Positions 9,157-17,514 of a DNA stretch of 64,000 bases are shown piece by piece. How positions within the stretch are numbered: the stretch's first letter is position 1; every line of letters starts with the position of its first letter. This stretch comes from an uncultured Hyphomicrobiales bacterium (GTDB lineage: Bacteria > Bacteroidota > Ignavibacteria > Kapaibacteriales > UBA2268), in assembly GCA_964606895.1 (NCBI GenBank), contig CAZSHX010000008.1:17816-81815 (forward strand), in the 5' to 3' direction. The notes beneath the pieces are model-generated. The model ran no database searches. It had not been told where the DNA came from and was given only the letters and a program-made list of their open reading frames with translations. The translations under genes were made by a program, and so were the position numbers.

Positions 9157-11343
9157 CTACTTAATTAGCATCATTTTCTTTACGTCAACAAAATTGTTGC
9201 AGGTGAGCGTGTAGAAATACACTCCCGATTCTAAACCCGAATGCTCGAATTTAATATTAAACTTTCCGGCTTTGTGCTCGGCGGTATTGACAAGCTCGGC
9301 TACCTGCTGACCTAATGAATTGTAAACGGCAATCCTTGCATAACCTGCCTCGCCGATAACATAAGAAATATCGGTTGTACTGCTGAATGGATTAGGTATG
9401 TTTTGAAATAAAGAGGTAAGTAAAGGTACAGAATTTGTGCTTACTCTTTTTTCGGATTCAGACTGCGAAGGATTAATCCTATTATTCGAATTCCAAACGC
9501 ATGAATCATGTGCACTGCATCCTCTTTGATATATATTATGGTCGTCACTGGCTGAAATTGGGGCATTATCGCATGTTATCTTAGCCGAAAAGTTCACCCC
9601 CCAATTTATTTTGGTAGTTGGTTTGATAATAATTTTGGTAGCTGAACGCAAATTAAGATTCAGAGGATATTGGGGAACGGTATAGGTGTTATTTCGTACG
9701 TCTATACTATCATCCTCAAATATAGATGCAAAAAAAGGCAGAATGTAATTATTGTGGCATCCACCGCCAATATACAAGTCGTCAATATTAAAGTATGTAA
9801 CGCAAAATTCATCTTGATTTGCAGGGTCGCATAAAGGTGTTATTGTCGTTATATCCAAGTCATGGTTTCTTCCATATATATAAACCGGAAAGCCTACACC
9901 ATCTACAGATAAATCCCCTGAAGTCCAATTCGGAGCGAGCCAATGATGCAATGAAGTTTCATCTGTCCCGCCTCCTACCCATGACTCGCTGAATTTACCA
10001 CCCCACTCGTATTCAACATTACACGGGCTATTTATGGAATGAGACCGATGCTGAGCAATTACTTTATGTTCTTCATTAAAATACGGAGAACCGGAAGAAC
10101 CGTCATCAAAATAATTAACTCCATTCTCTGCTGACATTTTCCAATAAACTTGCCCCAAGTCTGCATGCTCAGGGGCATAATCAGTATTTGCTTCATCATC
10201 GTCAAAAGAAATTTGCATACCTACAGCATTTTGCCCCGGGAAATGAAGGCATGTGACTTTAGGCTCAGGTTCATTTACGGGACTTGTATATGACCATCCA
10301 GCATAAAATACGTTGTCTGAAATAGTGAAGGAATTATTAAGTTCAATTAATGCAAAATCCGTATTAATAAATGCTGAACGAAAACTAGCACCATTAAATG
10401 TATGATAATTTGAAATAGAAGAAGAATGCGAGCATGTCTGGTTCATATAGCTAAAATAAAATATATAATTTTCAATTTCATTTTTCTCTGCCTGACTAAT
10501 TATAAAATCATCATTTAAATCAATTCCATGATAAGCGGTCAGAACTAAAGAACCAGATGTAACTGGACTACCAGAAGTATAATTTAGTAGAACACCCGAC
10601 CATAAAATTGTACTATACAATATTCGAACTGTAGCCCTTTTTTCCCTGCACCACTCTTCACCTTCGGTACAGTTAACATTCTTTGAACAATCTGTCCAGT
10701 TCAAAATATTATCAAATTCAGAATTTTTAAAAATTGGACTATTAATTACATCAAGGAAACCATGTACAATTTTGCTTATATTGAATCTTCCTTCCCCAAT
10801 TACGTTTTTCGGCTCAAAATATTCAAAAGTTACTTCATCACCTTGGATCAATTCGGTTGAAAACTTGTTATTAATAAAATTATTTTTTTCAGTATAAGCA
10901 CCTAGAACCACAGACCTGTCGGAATTATAAATAAACAATCTACTTCCTTGTGACAAATGAAAGTTTGTAAAAATAAAATTCAGCGAGTATGCTTTTTCGG
11001 ATTTAACCCTCAATCTCCAAAGAATTGAACCATCGGGTAAAGTATCAACTGTTCCAGAATTATTTATATTGATATTTACATTATATTCATAGCCAAAAAC
11101 AAGGATTCCTCTTTTTTTACTTTCGTCAGCGGATACTTTTTTAGTAGAGTCAATATTAAATTCTATCATCGTCATCAATTCCAATTTCTCATGGGGGGTG
11201 ATTCCCTTTAAAGAATCACTTAACATTTTTAGATTGGTAGCACTAACTTGACAAAATAAATTTAATGATGCAATTAAATTGCAAAATATTGCAATAAATA
11301 ATATTTTAATATATTTCATTTTTATTTCCTTTTTTATCTCCAA
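9157..11343 (-). CDS. Secreted chymotrypsin-fold (S1) serine endopeptidase with a T9SS C-terminal sorting domain (alternative start at 11319)
   Basis: The DDGSSGSPYF serine motif and LTAYHG histidine motif are typical of trypsin-like or lysyl/glutamyl endopeptidases. It has a signal peptide (KILFIAIFCNLIASLNLFCQ). The CTD is IPNPFSSTTDISY...GVYFYTLTCNNFVDVKKMMLIK. Confidence 0.65.
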   Translation of the reverse strand: MEIKKEIKMKYIKILFIAIFCNLIASLNLFCQVSATNLKMLSDSLKGITPHEKLELMTMIEFNIDSTKKVSADESKKRGILVFGYEYNVNININNSGTVDTLPDGSILWRLRVKSEKAYSLNFIFTNFHLSQGSRLFIYNSDRSVVLGAYTEKNNFINNKFSTELIQGDEVTFEYFEPKNVIGEGRFNISKIVHGFLDVINSPIFKNSEFDNILNWTDCSKNVNCTEGEEWCREKRATVRILYSTILWSGVLLNYTSGSPVTSGSLVLTAYHGIDLNDDFIISQAEKNEIENYIFYFSYMNQTCSHSSSISNYHTFNGASFRSAFINTDFALIELNNSFTISDNVFYAGWSYTSPVNEPEPKVTCLHFPGQNAVGMQISFDDDEANTDYAPEHADLGQVYWKMSAENGVNYFDDGSSGSPYFNEEHKVIAQHRSHSINSPCNVEYEWGGKFSESWVGGGTDETSLHHWLAPNWTSGDLSVDGVGFPVYIYGRNHDLDITTITPLCDPANQDEFCVTYFNIDDLYIGGGCHNNYILPFFASIFEDDSIDVRNNTYTVPQYPLNLNLRSATKIIIKPTTKINWGVNFSAKITCDNAPISASDDHNIYQRGCSAHDSCVWNSNNRINPSQSESEKRVSTNSVPLLTSLFQNIPNPFSSTTDISYVIGEAGYARIAVYNSLGQQVAELVNTAEHKAGKFNIKFEHSGLESGVYFYTLTCNNFVDVKKMMLIK

Positions 11344-11858
11344 ATAATAATAACCGATGTGTCAATTTGTACAGTATAATCGCTTTGAATTTTTGGAACT
11401 TTTAACCAATGCATATCTAACTGCCCAACAAATTCCGAAATGGTATCTTTAATAAAAGTACAGTCAATATGATATATAATTTTTTTTTGTTTGATATTCT
11501 TAAATAATGTTGCTTTAAATTTTGGATATTCAGCCCAAGAAGATGCATAAGTTTTTTTTCCAAGTAAAGTATATTTAGAAAAATCGATTTCAGGCAAAGA
11601 ATATGTATCACATTTTGACCAAGGAAATTTAAATTTAAGAATTTGAAAATATTCGTTATCATTGTTAATAATATAATTATTAGTGTCTAGTTTTAAAATC
11701 TCAATACAAAAGTAATCAAGAACAATTGAAGCAGTATCTATAATTATTTCTACGGAATCCTGAATTTTTGGGTTAATAATAGCTGTTGGCGTTTCTTCCC
11801 GGCATCCGGCAAAAAGCAGAATGAAAGAAAAGGCGAGAAAAGCAAATATAGTTTTCAT
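11334..11858 (-). CDS. Small lipoprotein of unknown function
   Basis: It has a lipobox signal (MKTIFAFLAFSFILLFAGC). Its end overlaps or abuts the downstream protease gene, suggesting co-transcription. Confidence 0.5.
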   Translation of the reverse strand: MKTIFAFLAFSFILLFAGCREETPTAIINPKIQDSVEIIIDTASIVLDYFCIEILKLDTNNYIINNDNEYFQILKFKFPWSKCDTYSLPEIDFSKYTLLGKKTYASSWAEYPKFKATLFKNIKQKKIIYHIDCTFIKDTISEFVGQLDMHWLKVPKIQSDYTVQIDTSVIIIWR

Positions 11859-11938
11859 TTTTGTGTTTCCTTATTTTTATGTAAATACTTGTACCTAAGA
11901 CTGTTTAATCCGCAGAAAAGTTACAAGCAAATAAATAT

Positions 11939-13510
11939 TTATTGTTTTTTTGATTTTTTCAATTGCTTAATGCTGTTGTTCATCACCTCGACTTTTTCCT
12001 TTAAAGCCTTATTTTCTTTGTTCATATCAATCATATAAAGCGTTAGCTCTTCAATTTTCTGAAGCAGTTTTGCCTGCACTTCTGCAACATTAACACCTTT
12101 ATTTTTTACATCCAATTCAGAAGGAATCCCGGGAAGTGTGCCGTTTAGTTTGATAGATTTTTCGATTTCCTCGAGTGACGGCAGTTTGTAATCTTTCTTA
12201 AAAACAAAGTCCGCCCAACAGTCTGGTAATGCTACAATAAGTTCTGTGCAAATAATTGTTCCGTCAACTGATAATTTATATGTATTGAAATATTGAGAAC
12301 CGGACGGCACTTCATGAGTTCCAATTCTAACTTTGCCATTAACGGCAAGCATTTGTCCGGTTGGGTCAATTGCAGAAGGAACAGGGAAACCGATACCAAC
12401 GGTACCGTCAACATTTAGTTTGTAGCCCGGGTTTGTATATCCGATACCAACATTGCCATTTCGGGTTAAAGTCATGATGTTAATTAGATTTGTTTCAGTC
12501 CCTGAAAGAGCATATCCTGTTTGCCCGTCAGTGCCATAAAGACTTTTAAAAGTTAAAACCCCGGATGGTCCATTTGGAATATTGCTTTCTTCAATATACC
12601 ATGGATATGCATTAAACTGTCCTGTATTCAATAACATAAATTGATCAGCACCTTGGTAAAATCTTATCTGTGGAAAAGTGCCAAACTGCCCGGTTTTGCT
12701 AAAACTAATTTTTGGTGCAAAATTGTGGGGTTCAAGATTATGGTTCAAATTAATATCTAAGGTACCTATTATATATGATGCACCTCCCATGAAATCTAAA
12801 GCAGTTCCAATTCCGACTTGTCCTTGCTCGTTTATTGTCATTCTTTCGATATAGTTTGTTCTAAAATTCAGCGGTGCATTGACGTTAGTCCCGATGTAAT
12901 TGCTTGATGTAACATTTGAGTTTCCCCAAATAGTCCAGTAGCATAATTCAGGACACGGAGAGTTGTTTGGTAATGTGATTATTGTATTCTCTGCAATGGC
13001 ATTAGAAGCACAACGAGTGAAACAACCCGGACTGCTGGGACCTCCGCATTCCGGTAGCTGGGGTGGAATTAGAGGACTGGAGCTTATAACTCTAACAGCC
13101 GTCCCATTCATCTCTTTTAATAGTGAATATTCAGTCATACAACAGGGTCCGGGACACGGCTGTAAAGATTGAGTAGGTACATCCCAGTTCCAACATGAAG
13201 AATTTAAAAAATGAATTGTATATGGTATTAAGAATGGATTTGGGGTTTGAATATTGAAAATCTGAGACGAATAAAATAAAATCCGCTTGATGAATTCCTG
13301 AAACAAAGCATCAGCCGGTGCAAGGCATCCGGTACCATTAGTGGTAATACTGCTGATTCTCAGTTCCATTATATCCTGGCAGACCTTATATTCAACATTA
13401 ATCCAATATTGACAGCCTGCAAAATTATACTCAATAGGGTCGTTATAAGGGGTCCAGACTCCGGTGGAACAAATATCGCAAGTCGGGTCAACATAAGGTT
13501 GAGCTTTCAC
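11939..13510 (-). CDS. Tail-fibre-like surface protein body with a C-terminal coiled coil; currently out of frame with its own signal-peptide leader
   Basis: This long ORF begins at a GTG immediately after a G11 tract. The C-terminal segment is CWADFVFKKDYKLPSLEEIEKSIKLNGTLPGIPS...AKLLQKIEELTLYMIDMNKENKALKEKV. That segment is the pattern I associate with Bacteroidota tail-fibre-domain proteins. No signal peptide is present at the annotated start. Confidence 0.6.
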   Translation of the reverse strand: MKAQPYVDPTCDICSTGVWTPYNDPIEYNFAGCQYWINVEYKVCQDIMELRISSITTNGTGCLAPADALFQEFIKRILFYSSQIFNIQTPNPFLIPYTIHFLNSSCWNWDVPTQSLQPCPGPCCMTEYSLLKEMNGTAVRVISSSPLIPPQLPECGGPSSPGCFTRCASNAIAENTIITLPNNSPCPELCYWTIWGNSNVTSSNYIGTNVNAPLNFRTNYIERMTINEQGQVGIGTALDFMGGASYIIGTLDINLNHNLEPHNFAPKISFSKTGQFGTFPQIRFYQGADQFMLLNTGQFNAYPWYIEESNIPNGPSGVLTFKSLYGTDGQTGYALSGTETNLINIMTLTRNGNVGIGYTNPGYKLNVDGTVGIGFPVPSAIDPTGQMLAVNGKVRIGTHEVPSGSQYFNTYKLSVDGTIICTELIVALPDCWADFVFKKDYKLPSLEEIEKSIKLNGTLPGIPSELDVKNKGVNVAEVQAKLLQKIEELTLYMIDMNKENKALKEKVEVMNNSIKQLKKSKKQ

Positions 13511-13584
13511 CCCCCCCCCCGTGACAAAAATAACACAACGACAACGAAACAGAAAGCGACTGTTTTAAAGCACTGGTTCTTCAT
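13507..13584 (-). CDS. Leader ORF encoding a signal-peptide-like sequence (MKNQCFKTVAFCFVVVVLFLSRGGGG*) that stops right after the poly-G tract
   Basis: The ATG at 13584 is preceded by AGGAG (minus strand ...cgAGGAGattctATG). The hydrophobic core is typical of a secretion signal. A TGA at 13509-13507 is created by the current tract length. Confidence 0.5.
   Translation of the reverse strand: MKNQCFKTVAFCFVVVVLFLSRGGG
13510..13520 (-). repeat. Homopolymeric G11 tract (C11 on the + strand) at the junction of the leader ORF and the main ORF
   Basis: Counted directly: c at 13510 plus cccccccccc at 13511-13520. Confidence 0.95.
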
Positions 13585-13808
13585 AGAATCTCCTCGAATA
13601 TTTTAGAATTTATTTAATTACAAAAATTTTCTTTTTTCAGAGTCTATTGCCTAAATCTTGTTCCTTGCGATGAAATATTTTACCATAGTTTCGTTTTGTT
13701 CTTTTTCCGTTTGTAAAGTTACAAAGAAATAATAACATATCCTATATAAAATAATAATAATTTTTGGAAAATTGGAAAATATTTTTTTGTATTTTCTTAA
13801 CTAAAAAA

Positions 13809-13858
13809 AAAATGCCCTCTTGATTTGGTAATCCGACCAAAAAGCAAGAGGGCATTTT
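13809..13858. terminator. Rho-independent terminator for the 13871..14791 gene
   Basis: A perfect 14-bp stem pairs aaaatgccctcttg (13809-13822) with caagagggcatttt (13845-13858). On the minus strand it is followed by a T-run of about 10. Confidence 0.75.
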
Positions 13859-13870
13859 AAATTTTGGGTA

Positions 13871-14791
13871 TTAAAAGGTTAGATTTGCACCAAGTTTAAA
13901 TTGGTCTATGACAAACGGTGCAACGGTCGAGATGGGCCAGTTCATGTTTTTCTTGCGGAGTTCGTACATTCCGTAAGAAAGTCCGTTTTTGAGCACGAAG
14001 TTAATAATCGGTGCGGCATGAGGATAAGCTCTGGTGATAGGAGTGATGAATGCATCAATCAAACCCTGACCAATTCCCTCGGTAAGCTCGCTACCGAGCC
14101 AGTACCAAAACATGTGACGCTGAAAAACAATACTTCTTTCGTAAGCGGCTTTAACACCGATGAAATCTGCCAACTGAACATTTACTCCCGCTTCGTAGAA
14201 AGTTCCGAATCTTACGGAATTTCCAAAATTGTCAAGTGTTTTCTGGTCGGAATTATTTGTAGTTTGGGTTACAGCCTTGTCCTTGAATTCAGTTTTTGTC
14301 CAGACTAAGCCTGATGTATGGTACAACAGCAGTGAAGCTTCCTCGCCCAAACGATAGCCATAGCCCGATGTTGAGCCCAGACCGAATCTCAAAGAGCTTG
14401 TTTCCAATTTACTGCCTTTTTCTGATTTAGATGGAGCATAATCGGATTTCAACAGTCCAAGAAAAATGAAATTATCATTTTGCTTGATTATGTTATTAAA
14501 TCCGGAGAGTTTCTTCTTGGTAGATTCGCCAAGGCGAAGTTCGATATTTCCCAAATCAAGAAATGAATTGTCAAACCCATTTATTGATTCCTTGGCACTT
14601 CCCGAGAATACTTCAATCATTGGTCTGTCGAAAAGGCCATAGTAAGCTGAGTCAGTTTTATATTTGTTGTAGTCCTCCCACATATTTTCATGAATGACTC
14701 GGACTGTGTCTTCTTTGGATATTGCAACAGAACTTCCAAAACCGGCTGTTAAGGCAAGTGCGGCAATAATAAGAGTTTTAAAAAATGTCAT
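13871..14791 (-). CDS. Secreted or outer-membrane protein of unknown function
   Basis: It has a signal peptide (MTFFKTLIIAALALTAGFGSSVA) and a C-terminal aromatic residue (GANLTF). No recognisable catalytic motifs. Confidence 0.45.
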   Translation of the reverse strand: MTFFKTLIIAALALTAGFGSSVAISKEDTVRVIHENMWEDYNKYKTDSAYYGLFDRPMIEVFSGSAKESINGFDNSFLDLGNIELRLGESTKKKLSGFNNIIKQNDNFIFLGLLKSDYAPSKSEKGSKLETSSLRFGLGSTSGYGYRLGEEASLLLYHTSGLVWTKTEFKDKAVTQTTNNSDQKTLDNFGNSVRFGTFYEAGVNVQLADFIGVKAAYERSIVFQRHMFWYWLGSELTEGIGQGLIDAFITPITRAYPHAAPIINFVLKNGLSYGMYELRKKNMNWPISTVAPFVIDQFKLGANLTF

Positions 14792-14855
14792 ATCCCCTCC
14801 GTTTTTTAAAAAAATAATTCAAATACTAATACGGTAGTACTTCCATTTTGTTACG

Positions 14856-16283
14856 CTATGAGATACTTTTCCCGGAAATGTTAATTCCGAGTTGTTCGAT
14901 TCTGTATCTGAGTTTTGCTCTTGAAACACCCAAAAGCTTAGATGCTTTGATTTGATTACCGTTTGTAATTTTCAGGGTTTGAATAATCAAATCCTTTACA
15001 ACATTCCCCATTGAAACACCTGTTTTGGCAATTAAAAGCAAATGTTCGTCCTCTTTGAGTTCGTAATTTGGTCGGTCTGCCGAAGTCGTTCCTGCAGGAG
15101 GATTGGTCAGCCTGAGGAAATGGAGAGATTCCTTAGTCACTATATCATTGCTTTCGAGCAGAACAACTCTTTCAATCGCATTTCTCAGTTCGCGGATATT
15201 TCCCTTCCAGTAATATGAAGTCAGTAAACTTGCCGCCTGAGGAGTGAAGCCGGTTACGTTTCTGCCGAATTTTTTATTGAAATCATTAACAAATGAAGTT
15301 GCAAGAAGCATAATATCCGATTCTCTATCGCGAAGGGGCGGTAGAGTTATCTTTGCAACATTAAGTCTGTAGAACAAATCTTCTCTGAATTTGCCTTCTT
15401 CTACCAGTTTTTCAAGCTCGCGGTTAGTAGAAGCAATAACCCTGACGTCAACAGAAATTTCTTTTGCACCTCCAAGGCGATAGAATTTCAATTCCTGGAG
15501 AACCCTCAGAAGTTTTACCTGAAGCTCCATAGAAAGTTCAGCAATTTCATCAAAAAGAATTGTCCCATGATGAGCCTGTTCGAATTTCCCCTGCTTGATT
15601 TTTTCGGTAGCACCCGTAAAAGCACCTCTTTCATAACCGAAAAGTTCATTTTCTGCAAGTTCTCTTGGGATGGCACCGCAATTTATAGTTACGAATGGTC
15701 CTCTTGCTCTCGAAGAATTTTCGTGAATATATCTGGCAAGAAGTTCTTTGCCTGTTCCCGACTCACCCAATATTAATGCTGTTGTATCCGCAGATGCAAT
15801 GATTTTACCTATTTCCAGGGCTTTGCGGATTCCATCGGCTTCACCGAGAATTTCGTTTGGCACTTCTTCCTTGAGTTTTTCAGATAGAAGGTCAACCCTT
15901 CGTCTGAGGTCGAAATTGCTCAAAGCTCTTTCAACGGCAACTTCAAGCTGTTCGAGGTCGAGAGGTTTCACTATGAAATCTTCAGCACCCAACTTCATAG
16001 CTCTTACAGCCATCTTGATATCTGAAAATGCGGTCATCATGATAACCGGCATAGTATAGCCTTGCTTCCGCAATTGCTCAAGGATATCGAGCCCATTGGA
16101 ATGACCGAGGAAGATATCGAGCAAAACAAGATCCGGACCGAGAATCGGCAATTCATTGATCGCCTGATTCGCATCAATATATGTCATAACTCTGTTATAC
16201 TTGCTTGCAAGTATATCTTTTATGGTTGAGTTAACCAGAGGGTCGTCCTCAATAACAAGAATTGTGTAGTTTTGAAGAGTCAT
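14856..16283 (-). CDS. Sigma-54-dependent response regulator (NtrC family: REC + AAA+ + Fis-type HTH)
   Basis: The REC domain shows ILVIEDD and DLVLLDI. The AAA+ Walker A is GESGTGKE. The GAFTGA sigma-54 contact loop is present (ERGAFTGA). The C-terminal HTH is NQIKASKLLGVSRAKLRYRI. Confidence 0.9.
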   Translation of the reverse strand: MTLQNYTILVIEDDPLVNSTIKDILASKYNRVMTYIDANQAINELPILGPDLVLLDIFLGHSNGLDILEQLRKQGYTMPVIMMTAFSDIKMAVRAMKLGAEDFIVKPLDLEQLEVAVERALSNFDLRRRVDLLSEKLKEEVPNEILGEADGIRKALEIGKIIASADTTALILGESGTGKELLARYIHENSSRARGPFVTINCGAIPRELAENELFGYERGAFTGATEKIKQGKFEQAHHGTILFDEIAELSMELQVKLLRVLQELKFYRLGGAKEISVDVRVIASTNRELEKLVEEGKFREDLFYRLNVAKITLPPLRDRESDIMLLATSFVNDFNKKFGRNVTGFTPQAASLLTSYYWKGNIRELRNAIERVVLLESNDIVTKESLHFLRLTNPPAGTTSADRPNYELKEDEHLLLIAKTGVSMGNVVKDLIIQTLKITNGNQIKASKLLGVSRAKLRYRIEQLGINISGKSIS

Positions 16284-16381
16284 AGTTTTATCTTTTTAAA
16301 AAATTAAAATTATATCTGAATTAATCTATTGATGCAATTAGCAAATTTAATAAATAGCAATGAAATAATAAATAAAAAAAT

Positions 16382-17491
16382 TTATTCCGGATGAACCGGA
16401 AGTTTGACATAAATTGTTGTACCTTCGCCTACTGTGCTTTCAACATCAATTATTCCTCGATGCTGGTGTATAATTCTTTGAGTAATCGGCAGTCCAAGAC
16501 CTGTTCCCTCTTCTTTTCTTGTAAAAAACGGATTGAAAATTTTCGGGAAGTCATCGGGGTGAATACCGATTCCGGTGTCCCTGACCGAAACAACAGCATA
16601 TTCAGAATTCGGATGCCTTGTTCCTGGTTCGGTATAAGTCTGAATTGTAATCACGCCATCAGAAATAATGGCATCAGCGGCATTTTTAATCAAATTAATC
16701 AAAACCTGCTGAATCTGCTTTTCGTCTCCGGCAACATTCGGCAAATTATCATCCAGTTCAAGTACAATTCTTACTGCTTTTTTTCTGGTAACAGAAGAAA
16801 AAAGCTCAAGAGTTGTTTTGATTAAATCATTGAAATTAACTCCTTTAATATCTGGTATTGAAGGTCTTGAGAAATTCAGTGCTACTTCAACAATCCTTGA
16901 AATCCTTTCAACACCCTGCAAAGCCATCTTTATATGGTTCAGTTCTGTTGGCTCAGATTGAAATTTTCTCTCGAGAACCTGCAGATTTAAATTAACTGCG
17001 GCAAGCGGATTTCGGATTTCATGAGCAACCGAAGCTATTAACTGCCCTAAAAGCACTAGTTTGTCGGTCTGAACTAGTTTGTCGGTTAGAGCGTATTGCT
17101 CGGAAACATCTCTGGTAATAGCAAGAATTAATCTCTTGCCGTCCCATTCAATGAACCTTGCATCAAGTTCGAGCATCATCTCACTTCCGTCAGCCGCATC
17201 AATCGTAACTTCGCTAAGTACAACAGGCGATGTGGTTTTTGTGAGCAATTTAAAAATCCGGCGGAACTGAGGAATTCCTTTCCCTATGAAGCTTTCTTTT
17301 GTGTAACCGAACAGAAGAGCGGCAAACTCATTAGCTTCAATAACCAACCATGTTTCAGGCTCAATTATCAAAAGAGCATCGGAAGAATTATCAAAAAAAG
17401 ATTTATACCATTCAAGCTTTTTTATGATAGCTGATATGTCCGGTATTTCCTTTTTCTTAGTTATTTTTTTAGTTTTTGTTTTTTCTTCCAC
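16382..17491 (-). CDS. Cytoplasmic PAS-domain sensor histidine kinase
   Basis: There are no TM segments. A PAS-like N-terminus is followed by the H-box SVAHEIRNPL, N-box LINLIKNAADA, G1 DTGIGI and G2 GTGLGL. It lies immediately upstream of the response regulator. Confidence 0.85.
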   Translation of the reverse strand: MEEKTKTKKITKKKEIPDISAIIKKLEWYKSFFDNSSDALLIIEPETWLVIEANEFAALLFGYTKESFIGKGIPQFRRIFKLLTKTTSPVVLSEVTIDAADGSEMMLELDARFIEWDGKRLILAITRDVSEQYALTDKLVQTDKLVLLGQLIASVAHEIRNPLAAVNLNLQVLERKFQSEPTELNHIKMALQGVERISRIVEVALNFSRPSIPDIKGVNFNDLIKTTLELFSSVTRKKAVRIVLELDDNLPNVAGDEKQIQQVLINLIKNAADAIISDGVITIQTYTEPGTRHPNSEYAVVSVRDTGIGIHPDDFPKIFNPFFTRKEEGTGLGLPITQRIIHQHRGIIDVESTVGEGTTIYVKLPVHPE

Positions 17492-17514
17492 TTTTTGTTC
17501 AGTTAATTTTGAAA

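Noticed and set aside
13409-13606. 65-aa + strand ORF spanning the C11 tract (…HPPPRDKNN…)
   Set aside because: It lies antisense to the SD-led leader ORF and the start of the tail-fibre-like gene. Its Pro run is simply the homopolymer read on the other strand.
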